The notes beneath the pieces are model-generated. The model ran no database searches. It saw nothing but the letters and a program-made list of their open reading frames with translations, and was not told the origin of the DNA. Of a DNA stretch of 64,000 nucleotides, positions 21,382-32,045 are shown piece after piece; position 1 is the stretch's first letter; every line of letters begins with the position of its first letter. The stretch covers positions 124,001 through 188,000 of the forward strand of contig OZ025737.1 of the NCBI GenBank assembly GCA_964019335.1. The letters run 5' to 3'. A program made the translations under genes and the position numbers. Origin of the DNA: Diplonema japonicum (taxonomy: Eukaryota > Protista > Euglenozoa: Diplonemea).

Positions 21382-24300
21382 ATGTTGGCGGGTCTGGTGC
21401 AGGAGAGGGAGGTTGCGACTGCCGAAAAAATGAAAGAGATGAGCGACAGACTGGCGAAGGTAGAGGGGATCTTAGCGGAGGAGTTTGTAAACAATGCGGT
21501 AAAAGTAATAGAGAAGAAGAACAACGAGACGCTGGAAGGGGTACTGCGGCAGATAGCAGACAGGGAGAGCAGCATCGTCACCGCCTTACGAAATATGAAA
21601 GGGCAGACCGATTTATACGCGCAATCTTTGGAAGTACAGCAGCAAATGCAGAACAACATAGGCATCTTAAAGGAGGCTCAGCAAGACCTCCACAACGAGA
21701 TGACGGGCAAGCTTGCCGAGGACAAGCTGCTGGGCTCGGTACGCGTTTCCATGCAACACGTGGTGGCCGAAGAACTCCTTGGCATAAAAGACACTCTTAA
21801 AAAACACACTGCGAAATTAACAGAGCTTGAAAAGCGCCCACCGGTCACGTCCAGTTCCGTGGCTCTCTCGTCTGGTCTTGAAGAACTTGTGTCTTTCCCT
21901 CTTCACCAAGCGCAGGATGCACAAATTACGTCCCTCGAGTTGAAACTTGACGAGATGAACGCTCTCTGTTTACAGCACAGTGAAGACCTCAAAGCCCTCG
22001 AAGCAGCACAGTCAGCTGTGGAGGACCGGATCGCCGAGCTTCCTAACAAATCCAACATCACCGCTCTCGAGACCACAATCGACACCCTGCAAGCAGCCCA
22101 CACCCAATCCAATACAGAGCTCACCACTTGCTTGCACGATACGCTCAATAGCCACCAGCACCTCATCGACCAACTCCAAGAGGCTATCCAAACCAGGGCC
22201 GAGGCCGACACGCAACAAGCCGCCATTAACCAACAACAAGAATCTGTCAACTCCAAACGGGACATCATTTCCCAGCAGCATGAAATGAAGCTTGCTGATC
22301 TCAACGGAAAGCAAGACCTTCTTGTGAAGCAGAACCAGGAGGCACGAGAGACCGCCTGTGCTAAGCAGGACAACATTGCCCAGCAGCTGGAGCAGAGGTT
22401 GGGTGTCTTGTCCGATGCGGTTGACGACCTGAAGAAGGTGGACGCCGATGCAAAGCGGTTGATCTTCACGCTCGATGATAAGTTTGAATCGTTGACGCAG
22501 ACGACAAGCTTGCTGACATCTGCGAACCAAGCGAACGTCGAGAACCTCACAGCAATGATCGTTGAGAACGACGGGCGCATCCACATAAGGCTCGGGGACG
22601 AGGTGAGGGAGCTACAGCGCACGCTAGTCGCCATGTCCGACGTGATGAACGAGAAGCTGGGCCCTGGGACCGTGGATGTAATCGTAGATGGAGTGAACAG
22701 GCAGATGGCAGCTATGCAAAGTTCTGGAAGCAACACAGTAAGCACACTGATGCAAGGAGTCGAGGCAATGACACAAGCACAGGACACACTGACGCAGCGA
22801 CTGAAGGGACTGGAGCAGAGTGTGGCAGACAATCAGACTTCCAATATGCACACAGAGAGCAAGATACTACAAGAGATGGCCGACCGCCTCAGTGTGCTGG
22901 AGTGCAACGGCTCCTATGCCGTCGATCTCAACGAACGTTTGGTGGTGCTGGAGGCAAACAGTGCCTACGCCCTTCCCAATCTGGGCGCGAAGCTGGCTGA
23001 GCTAGGCCCCCAGCTGCAGGCCTTTGACACAGACATTGCCAACATCCACACAAAGACTACCCAGCGGATAGCGTCACTGCAGACAGAGCTAACATCCGTG
23101 TCGCATCACCAGGCGGAGATGGAGGATGTCGTCAAGGGGTACAGCCTGCGGCTGGCTAGTATGAACGACGCGCTCCTTGACAGGCCTATTGATGCAAGTG
23201 CCATTGAGGCCCTCCAAGCAGAGCTTGTTGCCGTCTCCAAGCGCCAGTTGCAGATCGAGGACATTGTCGAAACAAAGGAGCCCAAGGTGGTGGCACATCT
23301 GCAGGAAGTGGTCAAGCAGCTGACGGACAAGATGCAAACGATGAACGACAAGCTGCACGCCTTCGTCGCAGAGGAGACGTCGAAGTCCGTCAACGACGTG
23401 ACGAAGACGCTCGACACAGAGATGCGGGAACTGGTGGGCGTGACGGAGAAGGACTTCAGCAAAAAGCTGCAAGAGAACGAAACGAGGCTGCGGGAGATGT
23501 TGGACGACATCAGAAGCGACGCGCAACAGACATCCAGCCAAGTGAGTGACGTGCAACTGAAGATAGAAGAGCGTAGCATCATACAGCATGTCAAGACGAG
23601 CACACCCCAGGCAGTCCCTGCGCAGGAAGTGCCGTACAACACACCTGTACCTGTGCCCATCATCATGCCTGTTTCATCGGCACCTGTCTTCGACCCCGAC
23701 ACCGCTTCCCCCAACCCTAAGCAGGTGCTGACCCCTGCGTCGGGCTTTATGAAGTCCGTAAGTCAGTCGTCCATGGCGTCCCCAGTGCCTCCTGACGCTC
23801 CTGCGTGGTATACTGGTTTTGATGTGACACCTCCTTCAACACCTGTGCAGAAAACAATAAGCCCTAAGAGGGGTAGGTTTTCTTCCAGTCATAGAGACAA
23901 GCATGACGAATGGCGCAGGGAGCAGGTGCTGCGCAATGCTTTGCGGGAGAAGAATGCTCACTCGCCTTTCGGTCAAGTGGTGTTGAACGACAGCAAACGG
24001 CAGTATGACAAACTGAAAGGAGCGTTGAAGGAAACACGGGCAGAGAGACGGGCCTTGGAAGAAAAGCTGGCAAGCGTGTGCAACTCTGTGGCGGCGATGC
24101 AGCAGTCGTTCCGAGATATATCGCAAAAGCAGCACAGCGCGGACAACAACGCTGCAGTGGCGAAGCAGCTGAACAGCGATCTTTCACCCACGAGTAGCTA
24201 TCTGCGGTCAGAGGTAGACAAGGTGTCGACCAGCATCAGCAGCGTCAAGCAGAACATTGTCCACAGGGAAAAGGACCTCCTCGAGCAGACGAACTCCCTC

Positions 24301-24432
24301 CGCGCAAAAATCAGCGCCCTCCGTGCCAGGGAGAACGAACTTTACGAAGACTGCACCCGGCTGCAGCCTTTGAAAGGCATACTACACGACCGATCCGTAA
24401 CCCCCGACTACGGAAGGGATCTGGGCATTTAA
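21382..24432 (+). CDS. Large coiled-coil protein (1016 aa)
   Basis: Uninterrupted ORF with heptad pattern and an S/P-rich linker. Confidence 0.8.
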   Translation: MLAGLVQEREVATAEKMKEMSDRLAKVEGILAEEFVNNAVKVIEKKNNETLEGVLRQIADRESSIVTALRNMKGQTDLYAQSLEVQQQMQNNIGILKEAQQDLHNEMTGKLAEDKLLGSVRVSMQHVVAEELLGIKDTLKKHTAKLTELEKRPPVTSSSVALSSGLEELVSFPLHQAQDAQITSLELKLDEMNALCLQHSEDLKALEAAQSAVEDRIAELPNKSNITALETTIDTLQAAHTQSNTELTTCLHDTLNSHQHLIDQLQEAIQTRAEADTQQAAINQQQESVNSKRDIISQQHEMKLADLNGKQDLLVKQNQEARETACAKQDNIAQQLEQRLGVLSDAVDDLKKVDADAKRLIFTLDDKFESLTQTTSLLTSANQANVENLTAMIVENDGRIHIRLGDEVRELQRTLVAMSDVMNEKLGPGTVDVIVDGVNRQMAAMQSSGSNTVSTLMQGVEAMTQAQDTLTQRLKGLEQSVADNQTSNMHTESKILQEMADRLSVLECNGSYAVDLNERLVVLEANSAYALPNLGAKLAELGPQLQAFDTDIANIHTKTTQRIASLQTELTSVSHHQAEMEDVVKGYSLRLASMNDALLDRPIDASAIEALQAELVAVSKRQLQIEDIVETKEPKVVAHLQEVVKQLTDKMQTMNDKLHAFVAEETSKSVNDVTKTLDTEMRELVGVTEKDFSKKLQENETRLREMLDDIRSDAQQTSSQVSDVQLKIEERSIIQHVKTSTPQAVPAQEVPYNTPVPVPIIMPVSSAPVFDPDTASPNPKQVLTPASGFMKSVSQSSMASPVPPDAPAWYTGFDVTPPSTPVQKTISPKRGRFSSSHRDKHDEWRREQVLRNALREKNAHSPFGQVVLNDSKRQYDKLKGALKETRAERRALEEKLASVCNSVAAMQQSFRDISQKQHSADNNAAVAKQLNSDLSPTSSYLRSEVDKVSTSISSVKQNIVHREKDLLEQTNSLRAKISALRARENELYEDCTRLQPLKGILHDRSVTPDYGRDLGI

Positions 24433-24711
24433 AAAGAAAAAAAAAGCCTCTTTTTTTATATATTATTTTATTTTCCTTTCTTTTTTCTTTTCCTTTTCCC
24501 TTTGTTGTATTTCAATGTTTGTCCCATTTCGTCCCCCTTTTTTTTTCTTGACATAACGTTCTGTCTAGTTGTTTACTTATTCACCATTCCCCCTTTTTTT
24601 TCTTCTTCTCTTTTTTTGCAACGTTCATACCGACAAAAAAAAAGAGGGGTGGAAGGGGGGTCGTCATTTAAAAAAAAAAAAAAAAAACGAAGAGAATATT
24701 AAAGAAAGAAA

Positions 24712-27110
24712 ATGGCAAACAAGAGTCTTGCAGCAGTGCTGTGCCATGACATGCAGGTAGGGGTGGAATGTTCTGGGGATACAGAGGCGTGGTGGGCTCC
24801 AGCGCAGGAGCTGGTGGACTATCTGCACGACGCGATGGCGAGAAAGAGGGCGGTGGGGGGTGGGGACGCAGCAGCCACTGCGGCCACCTCGCTGAGATGT
24901 TTCTACGCCTACATGAGGTACGCCAAGTCCATGAGGGACACCTTAGCCGAAGCTAACGTCGAGGATCTCGCGCCTTTGACCAACATTGTCTACGAAGCCG
25001 AATTCGGGAGCAGGGTATGGGCCCTGATCCACCACCTCACCATCGACACCACTTCTCTCCCCGGAATGGGGTACTTAGAGGTGTACCGCGGGATGAACGA
25101 GGCAGAGCTACTCTACACCCTACCTGACATCCATAAAAGGTGTCAAAAAGCCCTCCAAGATCTTCCCCCAGTTCCGGCGAGCGTTTTGTACTATGCCTCG
25201 GAGGCTCTTGACCCTGTGTCGCAGCTGCACATGACGGTCACTGCTTGTATTGAGCAGCCCGAGGACCGTGTCGTTCAGTCGCAGCTTGTGGAGATCGCGG
25301 TGGATTGGTGTTCGATGATGGTGGCGGAACCACATATTTTGGGGGAGTTCATGCTGGGCCTGGCCAAACTGTCCAAAACACCTATCCTGCATAGGGTGCT
25401 ATCGATGACACACCTATTCGGCGTACTAGGTGGCGCCTACCCACACGGCTCCGAGGCCGCGAACTTCGTGTACCAACTGTCAGAAGTCGTGCGGCAGTAC
25501 TCCGAAACGATGGAGCTCTTCCACAACGGAGCAGGCGACGCAAGCATGCGGTTCGCATCATGGAGGAGCATGGTGCACGGGTTGTACAATGATTTAGCTA
25601 TTGTACCGATGGACGCGGGGGAAGGGTTTGAGACACCGTCAACACGGATAAAGGAAGCATCGCAGGGTGCGAATCTATCTACGATATTCAACTACCTGTT
25701 CACACTGCTGGACGTCATCTCAGTAAGCAGCGACCTCGCCACCACCGAACCGAAGGTTTTGGAGTGGGACGCGTTCCTAGCTGTCATCGTGGGGTACCTC
25801 CAACCGGATATGGGCCTTGAATCGCTTCAAAGCTGGATGTGCGGTGAGAATAATATCTTCAAACAGCTTCAAATGGGCGAGGCGGAGGTTGACGCGCTTC
25901 CCGCAGAGCAAAAACTGCTCATCCAAGCACTGCGTGGGGATGTTGTTGAGGTCGCCACCGAGCTGAACGTTTTCAAAATACCAGGCTTCACACCGCACTT
26001 GCTCGACACCCTAAGCGATATATGCATAGGAGATTCCACTGTAACGAGCGACCTCATCGACCGATCTCTGTCGAGCTACGCGGCTTTGTTATACCATAAG
26101 TCGCCTGGGTCGTGGCGTATATCCCTCGATTACTGTTTTTGGGCAGGCGGGTGCGAGGGAAAATCCACATTTCTGAATATTTTGCAGAGCATCGAGGTCA
26201 ATTCCGAAGGGCTTGAGCACATCATCTCCGCCTACCAAATGTGGAAACCAACCGACACTGACGGTTCCATATCTAAAATGATCAAGAATACTATTAAACG
26301 GCATGGCCATGTCCTGTTGCTTCAGGGGAAGGTCGTCGAAGGTGTCCGACGGTTAATGCAAGCCGAGGACTACGAACAGGTCGAATGGCATTTGATCAAA
26401 CTTTTTAAAAATTGGGCGGTCGGTGTGCTTACAGCGGGCGGGTTGGGTCCCGACGGATGGGTATGTAAATATTTTATTAATGTTTATTCACAAAATCACA
26501 CCCCCAAGGCTGTTCTTGACATCTCTTCACCTTTGCTTTCTCTTTCTGAAGCGTTGACCAGCACAACCCTTTACCGATGGCCCTCTGAGGGTTCTATTAA
26601 GAAATCGTCCGTGTACTTCAGCACCCCTTCATCTTCATTCCTCGACATCTTGGCAGTTTCACCGTCTTTGGCGAAACTCGCGCACGCTTACCAGCATAGA
26701 GACGGTGAATCGGCACGCGACGCAGGAATCGCCATACTTCAAGAACAAGTCTCGCCATCTATTCTGAAGCTTGCCATCCTGTACTTACTGGTGCCTTTGA
26801 TGTTGGATCAATGTATGTTGGGGGAAAAAAAAAAGTTTTTTTTTATAAATATTATTTCGTGCAGCTGTGTGTTATTTCTCTACTGAAACTATCGGACATA
26901 TGGCGTCCTCCCTGGAGTGCATCCTCGCAGAGGCGGGGTACACACCTTCTTTGAAATCGGATATCAGCTCTGTTGATATTGAGGTGGTGAGATACGTATG
27001 TTGTGGGTTGAATTAGTCTTTTCGAAAAAAAAAAAAAAAAAAAAAAAAAGGCAATCGTCGTCGCGTCAGGTAAGGCAGTGTTTTTCGGCAATCAGCTGAC
27101 TGGTGAATAA
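24712..27110 (+). CDS. NUP85: Nucleoporin Nup85; exons 24712-26812, 26865-26995, 27051-27110
   Basis: VWALIHHL..., LLIQALRGDVVEV...PHLLDTL...SYAALL....SWRISLDY....EG...L..I.VNSE follow the Nup85 pattern; spliced C-terminus FSTETIGHMASSLE...IEVVRYAIVVASGKA; introns 52 and 55 nt. Confidence 0.78.
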
Positions 27111-27294
27111 CATCAGGGAGGGATGGCTTTTTTTTTTTTTCTTTTTTAGATCCGCCGATTTTTTTTATATCCCCCCCTCCTCGCCCCATCAAATTATCCA
27201 CCCTATTTTTTTTAAACGTCATCCCCCTTTACCATGTTTCTAATAAACCCCCTACCCCCACCCCTTCCCTTACTAAAGAGAAAGGGGACGGAAA

Positions 27295-30164
27295 ATGGGA
27301 GTCCCGTCTTTCTTCAAATGGATGTTACATAAGTACCCGAAGACGGTGGTACCAGCGCTGGAGGTTGTTCCGGTACCGGATGAGCAGGGTGATTTTCAAC
27401 CGGTGGATCTGGACGAGCCGAACCCGAACGGGTACGAGTACGACAATTTCTACCTGGACATGAACGGGCTGGTGCACCCTTGCTGCCACTCGTGCGACCC
27501 CCTCCCGGAGAACGAGGAGGAGATGATGCTCCGCATCTTCGCGATGGTCGACGAAGTCGTCTCCATTGTGAGGCCAAGAAAACTACTGTACTTGGCACTG
27601 GACGGGACGGCACCGCGTGCAAAGATGAATCAACAACGGGCAAGACGGTTTAAAAGTGCGATAGAGGCTAGATCCAACAGAAAGATGGAAGACGAGCTCC
27701 GAGAACGGTTCATGAACGCAGGGTTCGAAAGAATGCCGGAAAAAAAGTCCTGGGATCAAAACGTCATCACACCCGGGACTCATTTTATGGAGAAGCTTTC
27801 CATTGCCTTAGAATGGTACATCATGGAGAGAGTTAACAACGACCCGTACTTCGCAAAGCTTGCTGTTGTGTTCAGCGATTCAAACGTGCCTGGTGAGGGG
27901 GAACACAAAATTATGAACTACGTGCGGTCCTGCCGGACGAAACCAGACTACAACCAAAACACCCGGCATTGTGTTTACGGTCTCGACGCTGACTTAGTAA
28001 TGCTTGCCTTGACAACCCACGAGCCTTATTTCTCTGTAATTCGTGACCACATTGATTTCCGGGACCCGAATGCCAAGGGGCGGAACAAGGCAACGTGCCC
28101 GCCCGGTTATTCCAATTACGATTTTCTGCACTGCAACGTTGTGCGGGAGTACCTCGAGGCCGATCTGCACCACCTTCAAACCCGTGCCCTGCCGATGGCC
28201 TACGACTTCGAAAGATGCGTCGACGATTTTGTGTTCATTTGCTTCTTTTCAGGAAACGATTTTTTGGTATCTTTTTTTTTTTTTTTTTTTTTTTTTTGTA
28301 GGGAAAGAAAAAAAGAAGAAAAAACCTTCAGCCCTGCCTCCCATCCCTTGAAATCCGTGAAGGCGGACTTGACATCCTCATCGACTTTTACTCATATCAC
28401 TTGGAAGATCTTGGTGGGTATATTACAGATCACGGAGAGGTGTGTTTAAAAAAAATTTTTAAAAAAAAAAAGAAAACAAAAAAAAAAAAGGTGAATATGC
28501 AACGATTGGCGACGCTGTTGGAGGTGATCGGCAACAAGGAAGACCTGATCTTTCAAGTCCGGTCTAGACGGAACGAGAAGCGGGCCCAGCGGTTCACGAA
28601 GATACGAGACAGCGACCGAAGGAGGCGGTCGGCGAAGCTCAAGGAGCTGAAGGAAAGCCTGACACGGGGTGTCGGTTCCGGGGCGGAAATGTTCAAGGAG
28701 ATTATCTCTCTAGAGAAAGAAGAAAAGGTACACCCCCACCACATTTCTTAACCCTCCCCCCCTCCCCCACAGAATGATGTTGACGGTATTGTAGCAGACA
28801 GCGTGGAATTTGGAAAAGATGGTTGGAAAAACCGTTACTACAAGTCGAAATTTTTTATGTCATATGGCGAGAACTTTCGGAATGGGCAAGTGGACGCGGC
28901 CTACCACTACCTAGTTGGGGTACAGTGGGTGATGCGGTACTACTTCCAAGGGACCGCAAGCTGGAAGTGGTACTACCCTTACCACTACCCACCCTTCGCA
29001 AGCGATCTATGCTTCATGGCCAGCACCTTCCAAGCACCCCCAGTTTTTGAAATCGGAACGCCGTTCTCCCCAGTCACTCAGCTGATGGGTGTGATGCCTC
29101 CAGAGTCACGCCACGCTCTGCCGTCCGCAGCTCACTGGTACATGATGGATTCGAAATCGCCTATTATTAACATGTACCCGGATGAGATCAAGGTTGACTA
29201 TGAGGGGAAGCGGTTTCAATGGATGGGTGTGGTGCTTCTCCCGTTTATCGATGAAATAGGATTGGAAGCTGCCGCGGAGAAGGTGGAGAACAACCTGACC
29301 AAGGAGGAGAGAAAACGGAATTCGTTGGGACAAGAAAGGGTGTACGCACACCGCGCCACCCCGCTTGGCGCGAAAATCGACAATATGTACAAAGGACGGG
29401 GCGTCTTGGAGGGCAAGGAGGAGTTCATCAAGGGAACAGAGGTCGCGGAACGGGTAAAGAAAAGGTACATGAGCAACATGTACAAATCATGGGTTGACGA
29501 TCCACTGAAATACTCCGTGGCGGCAACGCAAATATGCGGCTCGGTCTCTCCTAACGGAACGGCCCACTGTCCTATAGATGGGACTTATGTGTCAAGCTAT
29601 GAAAAGCTCAACGTAGACCCGATAGAGGACAACCAGGTAATGATCGGGAGGTACCTCTTGCCGGATTTCTATCCGCACTCCAGTGCGCTGCTGCCAGATG
29701 TAATCATCCCACCGCCTCATCTTACTGATGACGACAAAGTTCTTCTTGTCAAACAGGTTTTCAGTTTTGTCGGCGACAATCCAGATTCTCGGCTTGAAGC
29801 TCGAACTGTCCGTGCGACTGATAGATCTCAGCACTCACCTATGCCGCGTGTGGGTGGGAAAAACTCTGGGAAATATGGTGGGAAGTCCGGGTTCAAAGGG
29901 GACAAAGGGCCTCGACAAGCTGGGAAAGGGAGCTCTCATTCATACGATAGTGGAAACGGCTGGCAGAAAGGTGGCGGGAAATTCGGAGGGAAGCAAACTA
30001 CACCAGTACAGCGGGCCGTTTCGCATCACCTTCAGCCATATCCCGTTAATGCTAAAGGGGGGAAGGGGAATCGATACGAGTATGAGGGGGGGGGAGAAAA
30101 AAAGAAAGAAAAAAAATAATACAGACCCTATGCACCACGGAAAGGCGGTAAAGGTAAAAAATAA
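27295..30164 (+). CDS. XRN2: 5'-3' exoribonuclease, XRN2/Rat1 type; exons 27295-28266, 28332-28439, 28491-28727, 28773-30079, 30125-30164
   Basis: MGVPSFFKW, PNPNG.EYDNFYLDMNGLVHPC, DGTAPRAKMNQQRARRF, PGEGEHKIM, GLDADL, GNDFL|PCLPSLEIREG across intron 1, WVMRYYFQG..SWKWYYPYHYPPFASD; C-terminal RYEPY (PY-NLS-like) forms across intron 4. Confidence 0.93.
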
Positions 30165-30416
30165 AGTGTTTCTTTCTTTTTTTTTTTCATTTTTTTTCAT
30201 TTTTTTTCTTTTTATTCTCCTCTGAAACCCCTCCTTCTACACCCCATCAAAATGTTTTCTTTAAAACTGTTCCATTTTATTGTAATCTCTGGGGGGAATC
30301 GTTTTTTTTTTTTTATCCTCTTTTTTTTTTCGAAAAGAAAATCCCCCCCTCCCCCTGTAATACGATCAAAAAAAGGGGGGGAGGGGGAAAGGCAACCAAC
30401 CAACAACAAACGCGAA

Positions 30417-31931
30417 ATGATGGAAGAACCCAAACGCACGCCTAGAAAGTCAAGATTGGCGGAAAGTGCAATCGATGTAAGTATGGCGTTTCATTTGCTG
30501 GAGAAGTCCGGCGAAAAATGCAAGAAAAAGAAAAGCACGTTGTTGGAGGATATGCAAAAAAACTTAACGATGGAGGAGAAAGATTGCAACACCAAGAGCG
30601 CGGAAGAACCACCAAAGGAGAAACCAGCCAGAGACCTATCGTACAGAACAACATGGATCAACATGCTGCGGGAGCAACGCATCAACCCATCAGCAAAACC
30701 TATACAAGAAGAAAAAACGATATCCCTGCCCCTCCCGATTTCGCCGGCTTTCGGTTACAACCGTAAAACCATCATCAAAATCTCGCGTTCAAGAACCTCT
30801 CGCCAAAGTACAACTATTCTCGGTCCTACCACACCTAACCTCCTGTGTGTGCCTTCTGGTCGACGAGCTACTTTGACTAAACGGAAACCTGCAGAAAGAA
30901 CTGCGCCGAAAATGCCCAAATCTGCGTGCTTTCAAGACCCCAACGTGTTGGTGGCGTACCCCATTACAGGCTCCCCTCTGTTTCCCAAACGGGTAAGTGT
31001 GGTAGTCTCAACCCTCGAGAATGACACCGATATGAATGTTGGTGATGCAAACCCGAAAGACGTGCTACCTGATTTTTCAAATTTCGAGGAGGATCAAGAT
31101 CGAGGGGTGAGCCCTGTTGTTGAGGTAGAATGTACCCTGGAAGACAGTGGTGACGTCAAAGCAACGCCCTGTGTCGCGCAAGATCTTTGTGACATGAAAA
31201 CGGCCGCCCGACCATCACGGCACCTCCTCCCCCGCACCAAGATACTTGCCAAGATGCGTATTAACACTGTCGATGCAAATGCTTCATGGCATGAGGACAG
31301 CGTCCCTCACCCTCCGCACGTCAGGTGCGACTCCGTTGGAGGTATCTACGGCGGGAAGGGATGGGTCCCTGTTGTGAGCGGGAACAACACTTCGTTCCCC
31401 GAGTTTCTGAAGAATTGCGGGTGTACCATGCCCTTCGGACAGCTTCCTTCTGAAGAGCAGTGGCACCTTCTCAGCATGTACTCCAACAAGAACGAGACAG
31501 GGATGTGCCTTGCTAGCGTTGACAACCTTTCTGCACCCTTCCGCCTCCCGTTAGTTGTACCCGATGCTCCTGTGCCATCTGGTACACGATACACTGAAGT
31601 GCAGCCGCCCCAGTCGCCTTTACCAAGGAGGACGAAGCGGGGGCGCAACACGCGAAAGAGATTCCCTGCAGTCATGCTGTCGCCTTCTTTAAAGATGGGA
31701 ACCTCTCGATGCAAAGTTAGAGGGAACGGGAAACCCATATGCACCACAGACTCTTCCGACCCTTCAGGGGTGACCTTCCGGCACCTCGGTCCCTTCGCAC
31801 AAGGAAGCTGCTGTGGGCGGTCCAACAAAAAAACACGCGATTCCAAACGGAAGTTCTTCCGCTTAGTGCCGTCGGAACAGGCCCCATGTACCCCACTGCC
31901 ACCCTGCAGGGTGATCCCTCTTCGAACATGA
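30417..31931 (+). CDS. Hypothetical, largely disordered basic protein
   Basis: About 504-aa ORF from MMEEPKRT; no family recognised. Confidence 0.6.
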   Translation: MMEEPKRTPRKSRLAESAIDVSMAFHLLEKSGEKCKKKKSTLLEDMQKNLTMEEKDCNTKSAEEPPKEKPARDLSYRTTWINMLREQRINPSAKPIQEEKTISLPLPISPAFGYNRKTIIKISRSRTSRQSTTILGPTTPNLLCVPSGRRATLTKRKPAERTAPKMPKSACFQDPNVLVAYPITGSPLFPKRVSVVVSTLENDTDMNVGDANPKDVLPDFSNFEEDQDRGVSPVVEVECTLEDSGDVKATPCVAQDLCDMKTAARPSRHLLPRTKILAKMRINTVDANASWHEDSVPHPPHVRCDSVGGIYGGKGWVPVVSGNNTSFPEFLKNCGCTMPFGQLPSEEQWHLLSMYSNKNETGMCLASVDNLSAPFRLPLVVPDAPVPSGTRYTEVQPPQSPLPRRTKRGRNTRKRFPAVMLSPSLKMGTSRCKVRGNGKPICTTDSSDPSGVTFRHLGPFAQGSCCGRSNKKTRDSKRKFFRLVPSEQAPCTPLPPCRVIPLRT

Positions 31932-31981
31932 CACTCCTTTCATTTTTCAATTTTTTTTTTTTGCCTCTTTTTGTGTCTCCG

Positions 31982-32023
<42 letters not shown>

Positions 32024-32045
32024 AAGAAACAAAGGGGGCTGGGCC